Positions 1-10,964 of a DNA stretch of 64,000 nt are shown here, piece after piece. Numbering within the stretch: the first letter of the stretch is position 1; each line of letters starts with the position of its first letter. Position numbers and translations under genes: made by a program. The DNA is from an uncultured Gaiellaceae bacterium. GTDB lineage: Bacteria; Actinomycetota; Thermoleophilia; Gaiellales; Gaiellaceae. The stretch lies in assembly GCA_963770715.1 (NCBI GenBank), contig CAVYQX010000010.1, positions 19,138 to 83,137 on the forward strand, in the 5' to 3' direction. Below the pieces are notes generated by a model. It was not told the DNA's origin and made no database searches. It saw nothing but the letters and a program-made list of their open reading frames with translations.

Positions 1-279
1 GGGCTTCCTGCTCGGCTCCGGCGCGCGATTGGTCGTAGCTCGCGAACGCGAGGAAGACGATGAAGCCGAGCAGCACCGAGAACCCGGTCGCGAGCACTCC
101 GAAGACGCCTGCCGCGCGATCGCCGTCCTCGAAGTAGCCGCCTTCGGGAGCTCGACGGCGCACGAGCAGCAGCGCCGCCACGGCCACTCCGGCCACGGCG
201 GCCGTGATGAGGATCGCCCAGACGATGTTCATGGCCGACGCTGGGCGCTAGAACGCGGCATCGGAGTGCAGGGCCATCG

Positions 280-2332
280 CTACGCGGGCTGCCCGACGGG
301 TTCGGCCACGTCCACCGGTGCCTCCTCGCGCTGCGCAGCCTCGACCCGCCCGTTCTGGAGCTGCTGGCGCCACCCGGCGAGGATTCCGTGCACGCTGGCG
401 GCGCCGAGGATCGGGCCGTCCGGAACCTCGAGGTGCGCCGGGTGGAGGATGAACGGCCGCGTCTGGAGCCCGCCGATGCCACCGTGGAACGAGATCAGCT
501 CCTCGAACGCGCAGCCCTCGTCGAGATCGGGGTCGTAGAAGCTCCCGACCATGATGTCGCCGACGTGCGTGAAGCCGTCGGTGCGGAGCAGGTGCTGCGG
601 CGCGTGGGGCGAGAAGTGCGCGAGCGGGTCCTCGCCTTCGACCCGGCCCTGGGCCAGGTAGTGGGTGCCGTTCGCGCCGAGCGCGACGGCGCCGTGCTCG
701 GACGAGCGAACGAGCAGCCAGCCGACGTGGGGGTGCGAGCGGAGAGCCGGTAGGAGCTGCGGGTGTCGCTCGTCGATCTCCTCCATCGTGAGCCGGCGGC
801 GCTCCTCCATCAGGTAGATGAGTCCGAGGTTGCCCGAGCCCATCACGACGACGTCGCGATCGGACACGTCGTTCTTGGCCTTCTTCGCCTTCTTCCCGGT
901 CGCTTCGCCGACGGCGAGGCCGACCATCGAGCCCTGCTCGTCCCCGCCGGCGATTCCGTCGACGTTGCCGCTGGCGAGCGAGCGCTCGACGAGCTCGTCG
1001 AGGCCGTATCCGTTGCGCTGCTTGAAGGTCGCACCCTGCGTCTGGCCGTGGTCGGAGAGGACGACGATCTCGTACGGCCGAGGCGCGTAGCGGGACGCGA
1101 GCTCGATCTGGCCGAAGTGGTCGTCGAGCTTGCGCAGTGCCTCGAGGGTGTCGGCGCGCTCGAGACCCGAGTGGTGCGCGACCTCGTCGTAGCTCGAGAA
1201 CGTCGCATAGATCGCGGGGCGTCCACGCATGAGGTCGGTGAGCACCCCGGACACGATCAGGTCGCGCACGAAGACGCAGAGCGCTCCTCTCATCAGGGGG
1301 TAGATGCCTCCCCGGTGGCCGCGTGGCTGCACGTCCCGGCGCTTCGCGCGCAGGGCGGCCGTCCACTCGAGGATGACCTCCCAGCCGAAGAGGACGAGCG
1401 TGCGGATCGCGTTGTCGCCGTTCGCGAAGAAGGCTCGATAGCCGGGGTTGGACTTCTTCTCCGCGTCCATGCGGCTGACCGTGAGGATCACGTCCTCCGC
1501 CTCGCCGGAGAGGAGGTTGCCGCGGCTGGCGCCGCCGTCGACGAGCAGGCCGATGCCGGTGCCGAGCCGACGCTCGAGTTCCGCGCAGTCCGGGGGGGCG
1601 GAGCACGTCATCGTCGTCGCGGTCTCCTTCTCCACCCAGCGGAAGGCCGAGATGTCCTCGTTCGAGCCCAGGAGGATGCCCGCCTGGCTGGCACCCGTCT
1701 GCGACGAGAGATCCGTTTCCCACTCGGCGAGCCGGTGCGTCTCGCGCGCCCAGCGCGCCATGTTCGGGCGCATTGCCGTCGCGCATCGCGCGCTGGAGCA
1801 CCGGCTTTGCCAGGCCGTCGATCTCGAGGTAGACGATCCCGGGGACGTCGGTGGTGGCGATGATCCCCTGGCGCTTGGCGATCCGTTGCGCCGTGCGGAT
1901 CGCCCCCATGTTGTCCGAGCCGAGCAGCACCGCGAGCACGAGGCTCACGGCCGCGACGATGAACGCGGCGAGGAGGGCCCAGCCGAAGTTGTCGACGCTG
2001 AACACGCCGTCGGTGATGTTCAGCTCGGCGGCGAGCTGAAGGATGAGCGCGTCCGCGATGAGGACGAGGAGGAACCCGAGGACGAGCGTCAGCGGCAATC
2101 GGATCGCGGCGAGCACCGGCGGGATGACCGCGTTCAGCGCCGCGACGACCGCCGCGACGACGAGCGCACCCCAGAAGGTCCCGATGTCGACGCCGGGAAG
2201 TGCCCACGAGGCCACCATCAAGGCGACGCCCGTCGCGAACCACGACACGAGCAGCGGGAACAACTTGATGCGCGCGCGTTCGGGCTGCCAGTCCGTGGAG
2301 CCCTGGGTCGGTTGAGAATCGCTAGCCGTCAT
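280..2332 (-). pseudogene. Membrane-anchored alkaline-phosphatase/nucleotide-pyrophosphatase family protein with N-terminal holin-IV-like 4-TM domain; frame broken near 1772
   Basis: ORF 248..2368 gives MTASDSQ...LLVSWFATGVALMV...GIVYLEIDGLAKPVLQRAMRDGN (RBS GGAGAGGGAGAAG before ATG 2332). Homology continues in ORF 280..1773 (ARWARETHRLAEWETDLSSQTGASQAGILLG...VVLSDHGQT...FHGGIGG). There is a one-nt frame change between them. Confidence 0.75.
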
Positions 2333-3528
2333 GGTCTTCTCCCTCTCCGACGGCTGATGTCGATGCATCCTCCGCGGCTCCGTTGTCGTGGTGGCGATGG
2401 AACAGTCCTCGCCCGGACTCTTCGCGCTCCGCCTTCTTCTCCGCCTTCTTCTCGGCGTGCGCTTCCTTCTGCTCGGCGACCTTGACCTTCGCGTCCGCGT
2501 ACGACTGCGTGACGAGCTGCTTGCCGCCCTTCCAGCCGAACACCGAGACGACGAGCAGCAGCGCGAAGAGGACGTTCCAGGCCGTGGTGATCAGCTGCTG
2601 CGCCGTCGAGTAGTCGACCGCGGTGTCACGGGCGACGTCGCAGCACGTGTCGAGCGCGAGCGCGTTCGTCGCCTGCGTGATGCCGACGGCGCCGGGCGTG
2701 ACCGAGACGACGTTGGCGAGCGAGCCCGATCCCGTCACCCACATGACCGACTCGAACGTGACCGGGATCGTGAAGGCCGCGAGCATGACCGCGATCACGC
2801 CGAGCTTGCACAGCCAGGAGGCGAACGAGGGGAGAAACGAATGCGTGAAGTACTCCTTCGGGTGGGCGAGGATCGCGCCACCTTGCTTGGCCTTCTCCCA
2901 GAGCTTCTTCAGCTGCTTCCAGAAGACCTTGGCGAGGATCACGATCAGGAGAGACCGCGCCGGCCGCGATGAGGATCGTCCTCAGAGGATCTTCGGAGAC
3001 GTTGCCGAGGCTCTCCGTGAAGGATCCGGGCACGGACAGGAAGAGGTAGAGGTAGACGAACGTCCCGGCGACCGTGAAGAAGATCTTCTGGACGAGGTAG
3101 GCGGCGAGCGCCCCCGGGAACGTGCAGGCCGGGATGATGGCCGTGAACATGACCAGCGTCGCGAACGTGCCGATGTTCGCGGGTAGGAAGTTGTTCATCG
3201 CCACGCCGACCGCGTAGGCGGTCACGATCGGCCAGAACTCGACCTGGCCCGGATAGGCCGCGCGCAGGATGCCGTAGTAGGAGAGCCCGGCAAAGACCGT
3301 CTGGCCGGTCTGCAGCGTGAGCGCCGCGACCAGGTAGCGGGCGGGAATGTCCTTGATCTCGTCCCAGAGGTCCTGGAGCCAGCCGACGACGTCGATCCCG
3401 AGCACGTTCAGCAGCACGACGACGATCGCGATGCCGACGAGCCACCCGCCCACCTTCACCAGGCGCTTGCCGCGCGAAGGCTCGTGGAACGGGTGAACGG
3501 CCGAGGGCTGGACGGCGATCTCGCTCAT
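2322..3528 (-). pseudogene. LPG-synthase-TM / UPF0104 'flippase-like' integral membrane protein; frame broken near 2950
   Basis: ORF 2626..3528 (MSEIAVQ...YYGILRAAYPGQVEFWPIVTAYAVGVAMNNFLPANIGTF...) continues in ORF 2322..2942 (ILAKVFWKQLKKLWEKAKQGGAILAHPKEYF...). The junction reads GCG GTC T CTC CTG. Confidence 0.7.
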
Positions 3529-3564
3529 CGACGCCGATCCTCGTCTCGGGCTAGTGGCGCCGCA

Positions 3565-3581
3565 TCATCCGATCGGGATGA
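3565..3581. promoter_or_regulatory. Dyad motif copy A1: TCATCC GATCG GGATGA (perfect 6-5-6 palindrome)
   Basis: Read directly. It lies ~115 nt upstream of the ATG at 3697. Confidence 0.55.
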
Positions 3582-3610
3582 ATCGTCCCGCTCTCGCTGT
3601 GGCGCTGCGA

Positions 3611-3630
3611 TTCACCCACATCGGACGATG
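3611..3630. promoter_or_regulatory. Dyad motif copy A2 (degenerate): TTCACCCACATCGGACGATG
   Basis: Lies 46 nt after A1. It aligns with copy B2 (GAWTCACCC..TC.GGA.GATGTC). Confidence 0.4.
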
Positions 3631-3696
3631 TCGCTCCGTTGCTGACGCGCGAGCCTCTCCGCACCAACACCGATTCGTTCGAAAGGAGCAATTGCC

Positions 3697-4116
3697 ATGG
3701 CATCACAGGACGCGTGGAGCGGGTGGATCGTCTTCGGCGCCTTCGTGCTCATCATCATCGGGGCGATGGATGCGCTCCAGGGCGTTGTGGCGCTCTTCAG
3801 GGACGAGTACATCGTGGCGACGCCCAAGGGCGTTGCCCTCCTCGACATAACCGCGTGGGGATGGTGGACGCTCCTCTGGGGCGCGTTGCTCTTCTTCACG
3901 GGGCTCGCACTGCTCGGTGGGGCCGGCTGGGCTCGGTGGCTCGCCATCGTCGGCGTGGGCATCAGCGCGATCCAGCAGGTCGCCTTCATGGCGAACTACC
4001 CCCAGGCGTATCCCCTCTGGAACATCCTGATCGTGGCGCTCAGCGTGCTCGTGCTCTACGCACTCACCGCTCGCTGGCAGGGCTTCCAGGGCTCCGTCAG
4101 GGAATCCCAGGCCTGA
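3697..4116 (+). CDS. Small 4-TM membrane protein (DUF7144-like, common in Actinobacteria)
   Basis: ORF 139 aa: MASQDAWSGWIVFGAFVLIIIGAMDALQGVVALFRDEYIV...ITAWGWWTLLWGALLFFTG. RBS AAAGGAG lies 8 nt upstream. Confidence 0.7.
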   Translation: MASQDAWSGWIVFGAFVLIIIGAMDALQGVVALFRDEYIVATPKGVALLDITAWGWWTLLWGALLFFTGLALLGGAGWARWLAIVGVGISAIQQVAFMANYPQAYPLWNILIVALSVLVLYALTARWQGFQGSVRESQA

Positions 4117-4265
4117 CCGGGGACTCTGGACCGGATCGAGGGAGGCGGCGGTCTCAGCACTCCCTCGATCCGGCCCCGGTCCGGGGTGCGGTTGGGCGAC
4201 TGGGGCCGGTCGCTGCCGCTTGAGTCTAGCGGGCCGTCGGCCGAGCTCGCTGACCAGCGGGGCCG

Positions 4266-4946
4266 GGCTCACGGCTTCAGCCGCCGAGAAGAAGTCGAGT
4301 GCCTTGCGGGTCTTCGTCTCCTGCGCGCCGTCGAGATCGACGCCCTGCCCCGTGAGGAACGCCCGCGTCTCCGCGGCTGCCTGGAAGGCCTCGGCGGGGG
4401 CGCACTTGGTCGAGAGCTCGAGAATGCGCGAGCCGTCCGGGTAGAGCCACATCTCCGCGACCAGCCTGCGGTCGAACGCCTCCGGGGCGAACTTCAGCTT
4501 GAGGACGAAGATCGGGCCGAGAACCGAGAGGTCGTCGAGCGCGAGGCCCTCCGGAGCGTGCTCGGCGTAGAAGGCCCGCTGCTCCTTCGAGAAGAGCTTC
4601 TCGTCCGCCCTCCGCCCATGATCGTCTCTCGGACGTCCGCCTTCGGTACCCCCTTCAGCGAGCCCGAGCAGACGTAGCCACCGGGCATCGCGTCCACCTC
4701 GACGCCGAACTCGGGCAATTTGCGGACACCGCTCGGGAGCTGCGTCGGGACGACGGGGCGCAGCTTGACGACGGAGTCGTCGCCCTTCTTCTGCACGCGA
4801 CGGGCGCGAACGACCACGCCCTGCTCGTACAGCGTCAGGTCGGGGGTGTCGAAGAAGAACACCTGACGGATCTGGGCGTCGAGGGGATCGATCCTCAGCG
4901 CCGCGACCGTCGAGCTGTGCTCGGTCTCGGGGATCGTCAGCTTCAA
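4266..4946 (-). pseudogene. CYTH-domain protein; frame broken near 4612, both ends unclear
   Basis: ORF 4494..4946 (KLTIPETEHSSTVAALRIDPLDAQIRQVFFFDTPDLTLYEQGVVVRARR...) continues in the 3703..6648 frame (RADEKLFSKEQRAFYAEHAPEGLALDDLSVLGPIFVLKLKF...TKTRKALDFFSAAE). Homology (DSDSVELKL) extends upstream of 4946 with no start codon. Confidence 0.55.
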
Positions 4947-5029
4947 CTCGACGCTGTCGGAGTCCTTGATCAGTTCCAGTACGCGCGACGTCCTCGTCCG
5001 AGAGACGTGATTCGTGCTCGCGGGTTGCG

Positions 5030-6059
5030 GGCGACAGGTAGATCGCGCCGTAGGTGTACCGCAGCCGCTCGTCGAGCTGGCTGTAGTTCTCGGTCTCCTG
5101 GCTGGGCTTCACGAGGATCACAAACTCCCAGCTGGTGCCCGGAAACGGCGTCGGGTCGGTCGTGCGCTGGGAGACCTCGTACATCACGTTGCGTGCCATC
5201 GCGTCGCCGAGCGCGGCGGCCTCTTCGAGGATGGCCGTCTGCCGTGAGTCAGGCTCGAACGGCTTGCCCTTCTCGATGCCCAGCGGCTTGAGCATCGCCA
5301 TGAAGAAGCGGTCGTGCTCTTGAACGGGGTTGTTGTCGATGACCGTGGCGAGCCGCGCCCAGTACTCGATGCCTCCCGGGGGCGTGGTGTCGATCAGCGC
5401 GCCCGAGATCGAGACGAACTTGTTCGGCGTGGGGTTTCGCGCTCGCTCCACGGGTAGACCCTGCGTTTGCCGGACGCGCTCCACGGCGTCGGACACGTCG
5501 TCTTGTCGACGATGATGCCGCGGACCAGAAGATTGTGGTTGTGCATCGTGGCGTGAAGGACGTAGTAGCCGGACGCAGGAACCTCGCCGTCGTAGTCGGG
5601 CGGCAACAGCAGGAACGTGCCTCCCTTCCCCGCGTCGGGCCCAGGCAGGCCGACATCGGTGACCGAGCGCTGCCAGAAGTCGTCCAGTAGGCCCACGATG
5701 GCTCCGGGTGGGATCTCGATGGCGACCGGCTCGTCGGTCAGGTCGATGTTGACGAAGGCGTAGATCGTCGTGTCGTTCGCGGTCAGCCAGCCAGACTTCG
5801 GGTCGACGAAGTTGTCGGCGATCCCCAAGTCGTTGTAGTCGATGCCCAGGTCCTGCTTGGCCGTGACCCGAATGGACTCGAACGACACGGCGGGATAGCC
5901 CCACAGGTAGGCCTGCACCGCTCGCTGGAAGTCCATCTCGTCGAAGAGCTTCTGCGACGTTTCCGGGGTCGGGAAGCCCAGCTCGTACTGCAACGTGCCG
6001 ACACGTGGCACTTCCACGCTGGCTGCGATCGTGGCGTTTGGGTGTTCTACAACGGTCAC
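5030..6059 (-). pseudogene. DUF1254/DUF1214 family protein, copy 1; frame broken near 5505 and 3'-truncated
   Basis: ORF 5394..6059 (MTVVEHPN...FQRAVQAYLWGYPAVSFESIR...) continues in the 3703..6648 frame (DDVSDAVERVRQTQGLP...HDRFFMAMLKPLGIEKGKPFEPD...YGAIYLSPATR). Compared with copy 2, the last ~130 aa are missing. Confidence 0.65.
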
Positions 6060-6092
6060 TGACGTGCCCTCCCATCTTGTCCAGGTCGGCGA

Positions 6093-7645
6093 CTAGGTGA
6101 CAGGCTCGATCTCGCTCGGCCGCCAGGTCTTGTCGAAGAACGGCTGGAGCGGGTTGTAGAGCCTGAGAATCGTCCACCAACCCTTGCCGGGAACGGTCTG
6201 AAGCCAGTTGTCCTCCTTTCCTTCCGGCGCCTCCGGGCCGAAGTAGATGTCGGTCGAGCCGTCGGGGTTCGTCTCGACCGTCCCGGACTGGCTGCCGAGG
6301 CGCGGCAGGGGTTGATCCGTTTGCAGCATGGAGCGTGTCTGGCGGTCGTAGAGGATCACCGACCAGAAGCGGCTCTCGGGAACGTCGGGCGGAAGCGTGA
6401 GCCGGTAGTCGCGCGCGCCGTCGAGGTACTCGCCCTGGCTGTCGCGCATCGCGTAGATGTACTGCGAGCCGATGCCGGTGAGGCGCATGCACATCGCCGG
6501 TGTGATCCCGGTGGCCATGTAGAAGAAGTTGGTGCGGGAACCGAGCTTGCGGGCACCGTCGCTCGCGGCCGCGACCACGCCGTCCGCGGTGATCTGCGGC
6601 GGCGGATCGAGGAACTCGTAGCCACCGATGAAGAGCGCGCTCTCCCACGCCGAGCCCGGGTAGAAGGCGAAGCCCTCCTCGGGTCGTCCCGCGAAGAGGA
6701 CGGTACGGGCGGTGGCGTTGCCGACCTCGACCGCCTCTTCGAGGATCTTGCGCATTCGCGCGTCGGGCTCGAACGGCTTGCCGTGAACGATCCCGACGGA
6801 GGCAAGCAGGCCGAGCAGGTCCGGATCGCTCGCACCCGGCGGCTCCTGCTGCACGAGCTCGTCCACCAGCTCCCAGAACCCGAAGTCGTTCGGGTACACG
6901 GTGTTGAACGACTTGCCCGTCGCCTCGACGAAACGCGTCTCCGGCACCGGAGCGACCGCCCCCAACGGCGCTTCACCGGCGAGGAACGTGCCGACCGCCG
7001 TCCCTTGTGCACCCGGGACGTAGGGAGAGACACGAAAGCCGGTCCGGATCACTTCGACTGGGACCGTGGGATCGTTGTCGATCATGAACGCCCGGCCGAT
7101 CACGGTCGCGCGCGTCGTGCGAACGTGCGAGACGTGGAAGCCGCTGTCGGGCAGCGCCCCGTCGTAGCCTGGCCCCACCAAGAGATAGCGACCGCCCTGG
7201 CCGCGGTCCGGGCCGGACAGGCCGAAGTCCGTGACCCACCGGAACCACATGTCGTCGATGCGTCCCCAGGACCCCCGACGGCGCCTCGATCGACGGCACG
7301 TCGATCACCATCGGCCCGTCGGACAGGTCGACGAAACCCCAGAAGTAGACCGTGTCGCAGTTCGCGGTCAGGAACACCGACGCCGAACCCATCAGCTCCG
7401 GGAAGAACACGAAGTCGTTGTCCTCCGCCCCTATCGAGGCGTACCCGCGACGGATGGCAGCGAGCGATGCGCCCGGCAGCGCACCCAGGAACGCCTCGAC
7501 CCCGTGGACGAAGTCGAGATGGTCGTAGATCAGCGCGGCCGTCGCCTCCGATGGTGCGCCGTCGTCGAACTCGAGTGTTCCGAGCCGACGTCTCGACCTT
7601 GTCGGGCGTCGTGATCGAAGCCAGCATGTCCGCGGTCGTGCTCAT
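6093..7645 (-). pseudogene. DUF1254/DUF1214 family protein, copy 2; two frame breaks (about 7272 and 7587)
   Basis: AGGAGG RBS plus ATG at 7645 (MSTTADMLASITTPDKVET). Then RLGTLEFDDGAPSEATAALIYDHLDF...FFPELMGSASVFLTANCDTVYFWGF (frame of ORF 6973..7410). Then ORF 6093..7250 (MWFRWVTDFGLSGPDRGQGGRYLL...FWSVILYD...). Confidence 0.7.
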
Positions 7646-7729
7646 CCCCAGCACCTCCTAGGTGCGATTCGTTCCCGCACCTTCCGGGCGGGTCACGAGC
7701 AACGTATGCCTCGGCGGTTCCGACTCGCG

Positions 7730-7746
7730 TCATCCGGATCGGATGA
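7730..7746. promoter_or_regulatory. Dyad motif copy B1: TCATCC GGATC GGATGA (perfect palindrome)
   Basis: Read directly. It lies ~155 nt upstream of the ATG at 7884. Confidence 0.55.
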
Positions 7747-7796
7747 ATCTGGTCAGTCAACGGGTGTCGGTGGCGGCCCACGCCGCGAGACCGGTG

Positions 7797-7817
7797 AATC
7801 ACCCGGTCTGGATGATG
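7797..7817. promoter_or_regulatory. Dyad motif copy B2 (degenerate): AATCACCCGGTCTGGATGATG
   Basis: Lies 67 nt after B1 and aligns with A2. Confidence 0.4.
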
Positions 7818-7883
7818 TCCGACGCTCGCGGACCGGCCACGCTCGTGCCGTGATCGGCTACGGCGAGCTCCGGGGGTAGAGCC

Positions 7884-8985
7884 ATGAACGCGCGTACCCA
7901 AACTCGGAATCTGGTCCTGGAGCTTCGTGGGAGTCGTTGCGGCGACCGTGATCGTCGTGATCGCATTCGGCGCGGTGAGCGAGATCGTGCTTCCCCTGCT
8001 CTTCGCGGCCGTTCTCGCCGTCGATCTTCAAGCCGCTGGTCGGGAATCTCGAGCGCCGCGGGCTGAAGCCTACGCTCGGCGCCGGTCCTGTCGTTCTCGG
8101 CCTGCTCGCGCTGATGGCCCTGGTCGTGGTGGCCACCGTGCGCGGCGTGATCCAGCAGACCGACGGGATCGGTGACTCGGTCGACGCCGCCATGGAACAG
8201 GGCAGCGACGAGCTCGACGTCGACGAGGAAGCGCTGGAGGATGCCCGCGCGGCGGCGGAGGAGACGTCTGCTGCGGTCGCCGAGGGCTTCGTCACGAAGG
8301 TGGTCTCGGGCGTCGACGCGCTGATCGGCCTCGCCAGCGGCCTGATTCTCGGCTCGCTGATCATGTACTACCTGCTCAAGGACGGCACGAGCATCAGGCG
8401 CTCCGTCGTCTCGCAGTTCTCTCCCTCGATCCGGGACGAGGTCGACGCCTTCGTCACCGACGCGTGTCAGATCCTGCGCAGCTACGGGCGGGGCCGCACC
8501 GCGATGTCCGCGATCGTCTCGGTGGTCGTCGGCATCGCCAGCTTCCTGATGGGCCTTCCGCTCGTGTTCACGATCGTCGTCGTGAACTTCATCGGCGGCT
8601 ACATCCCGTACATCGGCGCCTTCCTCGGCGGCGGGCTGGCGGTGATCGTCGCCTACGGCGAAGGCGGGATCGGCCTGGCCGCCCTCATGCTCGTGGTGGT
8701 ACTCGCCGCGAACCTGCTGCTGGAGAACTTCGTCGAGCCGAGGGTGATGGGACGCACGCTCGACATCCACCCGATGCTCGTCATCATCGTCACGGCGCTC
8801 GGCGGGTTCCTGTTCGGCATCGTCGGCCTCCTACTCGCCGTGCCGTTCACCGTGATCGCCGGGAACCTCATCGGCCGCCTTCGCGCCGGAGGCTTCTTCA
8901 CGCTCGTGGCCGAACAAGCCGCAGCCGGCCATGAAGAAGATGCTCGACACACAGGGAAAGGAGAGCGCCTCGTGACCAGCTCTAA
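7884..8985 (+). pseudogene. AI-2E family transporter (PerM/UPF0118-like); frame broken near 8021 (and possibly near 7910); natural stop missing
   Basis: ORF 7927..8175 (GVVAATVIVVIAFGAVSEIVLPLLFAAVLAV) continues as IFKPLVGNLERRGLKPTLG in ORF 8114..9322 (...NFIGGYIPYIGAFLGGGLAV...ENFVEPRVMGRTLDIHPMLVIIV...). Homology ends by ~8940, but the frame stays open to 9322. Confidence 0.65.
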
Positions 8986-9314
8986 CGACCAGCCTTCCAA
9001 TTCATCTCCAACCTTCCCGAATCGATCTCGTCGACGGCCGGACTCGTCACGAGCGGCTGGAAGAAGTCGCGGATTGCGTGGATGTGGATCACGATCGCGC
9101 TCGTCTCTGGAGTCGCCTCGCTCGCCGGTTACGGCCTCTTCCAGAACTCCTCACCGGACACCGTCGCCTTCGTGCTCGCCTTCGCAGCGGGCGCATCCTC
9201 ACCATGCTCGCGGACACCACGATGCCCGAGGCGTTCCAGCACGGAGGCAAATTGGTCGGCGTCATGACGACGCTCGGCTTCGCGGTTGCGTACACCATCC
9301 ACGCGCTCGACTGA
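8986..9314 (+). pseudogene. ZIP-family metal transporter, C-terminal fragment only; frame broken near 9194
   Basis: AFQFISNLPESISSTAGLVTSGWKKSRIAWMWITIALVSGVASLAGYGLF...AFAAGA (ORF 9082..9267) then ILTMLADTTMPEAFQHGGKLVGVMTTLGFAVAYTIHALD (ORF 9078..9314). The N-terminal half of the family is absent, and a stop sits at 8983. Confidence 0.65.
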
Positions 9315-9328
9315 GGAGGTAGCTCGAG

Positions 9329-9775
9329 ATGGTCGGGGAGACACGATTCGAACGGCGACTCGAACGTTGGATCGACCGTGCAACGACACCGCGCGGCGCG
9401 GTCGCAGTGATCGCCACCGCGTCGATCGTCATCACCCTCGCGGCCGGCCTAGTGATGACGCTAGTAGACCGCGACAATTACCCGTCGATCGGAGAAGGGC
9501 TCTGGTGGGCCGTCCAGACGGTCACCACGGTCGGATACGGCGACGCCGTTCCGACGACGGTCTCGGGGCGGTTCGTCGCCGTAGTGGTGATGTTCTTCGG
9601 GATCGGCTTCCTGACCGTCATCACCGCCGCGATCACCAGCACGTTCGTCGAGCGCTCGCGCGTCGAGCAGGAGCAGGCGGAGCCCGCGACGCTGACGGTG
9701 GAGCACTTCCAGCAGCTCGATCGACGGCTCGAACGCATCGAAGCGGCCCTCGCCCGTTCCTCGTCCCTCGAGTAG
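9329..9775 (+). CDS. Two-TM potassium channel (KcsA-like pore)
   Basis: ORF 148 aa with selectivity filter TVGYGD (WWAVQTVTTVGYGDAVP). Confidence 0.85.
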   Translation: MVGETRFERRLERWIDRATTPRGAVAVIATASIVITLAAGLVMTLVDRDNYPSIGEGLWWAVQTVTTVGYGDAVPTTVSGRFVAVVVMFFGIGFLTVITAAITSTFVERSRVEQEQAEPATLTVEHFQQLDRRLERIEAALARSSSLE

Positions 9776-9852
9776 CTCCCAGGCAGCTTGCCCTTCGGTT
9801 CTCGCCGCCGCCGAGGAGCGCTCGAGCAGTCGAGCTGAGACGTGTGGGCGAA

Positions 9853-9875
9853 TTCATCCCGTCGGTATGAGGAAT
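9853..9875 (+). promoter_or_regulatory. Dyad motif copy C: TTCATCCCGTCGGTATGAGGAAT
   Basis: Lies 63 nt upstream of the ATG at 9938. It matches copy E at 21 of 23 positions. Confidence 0.55.
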
Positions 9876-9937
9876 GCGAGCACGTTCGCGCTCAGACTCC
9901 CACGGGACAGCGGGGTCCCACGACGGAAGAAGCGCAG

Positions 9938-10903
9938 ATGAGCGAAGACACTGCAGAGACGGTCGCCGCCACCGAGACCCGAGCGATCGAGCCGGAGGAC
10001 GGCTCTCGTGCGACCGCCCAAGCCCCGGTCAGTGATGGCGCGTCCGACGAGACCAAGAGCACGGCGACGAGTTCCAACGACGCGACCGACAGGCACATCG
10101 CGGTCGCTGTCCCGATCCGGGCAGTGGAGCGAAACAAGCGCGTTGCGGCAAGCGTTCTTGCCGGGGGAGTCGCGTACAAGGTGTTCCTGTGGCTGCTGCC
10201 CTTCGGCCTCATCGTCGGAGGCGCGCTTGGCCTCTCGAACGCAGATGACGCCGAGGACGCGGCCGCGGGCGGCGGGATACCGGGCGCGATCAGCAACGCG
10301 ATCGGGGATGCTGCGCGCTCGGCCGATTCCGAGTCGTGGTGGCTCTTCGCGGTTGGCGTGCCGCTCCTCCTGTGGGCAGGATTCACAGGGGCCAAGGCGG
10401 TTCAGCTCGTCCACGCTCTCGTCTGGGATGAAGCTCCACCGAAACCCAAACCGCTCCAGGCGTCTCTTGCCTTCACTGGCATGGCGTGTGCGGCGATCGC
10501 TGTCGTGGCAGTTGCTGCGCGGCTCGGCGACGAGAGATGGCAGAGCCTCCTCGCCTCCGCGCTGACCATCGCACCGATCGCTGGGCTATGGCTCTGGGCC
10601 TCACTTCACCTTCCCCATCGCGACGCTCCTTGGAAAGCACTGCTACCGGGCGCGCTCCTCGTCGCGATCGGATTCGAAGTGCTTCACGAGGTCGTCGACA
10701 CGTTCCTCGTGTCCCAGCTGGAGGACGCGACCGCGCTGTACGGCGCTCTCGGAGCTGTGACGACGTTCATCTTCTTCATTTACGTCCTCGCGCTGCTCGT
10801 CGTGAGCGCGCCCATTCTCAACAGCTCGATCTACGAGGAGCTACAGGTCAGGCGCGACGACGTTGATGACGCGATGACGACCGAGATCGCCCCAACGGCA
10901 TGA
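9938..10903 (+). CDS. YihY/BrkB family membrane protein
   Basis: ORF 9842..10903; internal start MSEDTAE. It has ERNKRVAASVLAGGVAYKVFLWLLPFGL... and multi-TM C-terminal FFIYVLALLVVSAPILN. Confidence 0.75.
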   Translation: MSEDTAETVAATETRAIEPEDGSRATAQAPVSDGASDETKSTATSSNDATDRHIAVAVPIRAVERNKRVAASVLAGGVAYKVFLWLLPFGLIVGGALGLSNADDAEDAAAGGGIPGAISNAIGDAARSADSESWWLFAVGVPLLLWAGFTGAKAVQLVHALVWDEAPPKPKPLQASLAFTGMACAAIAVVAVAARLGDERWQSLLASALTIAPIAGLWLWASLHLPHRDAPWKALLPGALLVAIGFEVLHEVVDTFLVSQLEDATALYGALGAVTTFIFFIYVLALLVVSAPILNSSIYEELQVRRDDVDDAMTTEIAPTA

Positions 10904-10964
10904 GGCCGGGATCGATCGACATGTGATCGTGCCCAAGTGAACACGACCTACAAAGGAGCCCACA

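Noticed and set aside
3703-6648. 981-aa minus-strand ORF, the longest in the first 10 kb
   Set aside because: It is a composite. Parts are genuine pieces of the CYTH and DUF1254/1214 genes that fall into this frame after frameshifts. The rest is Arg/Pro/Ala-rich read-through typical of stop-poor GC-rich DNA, and it runs antisense through the DUF7144-like gene.
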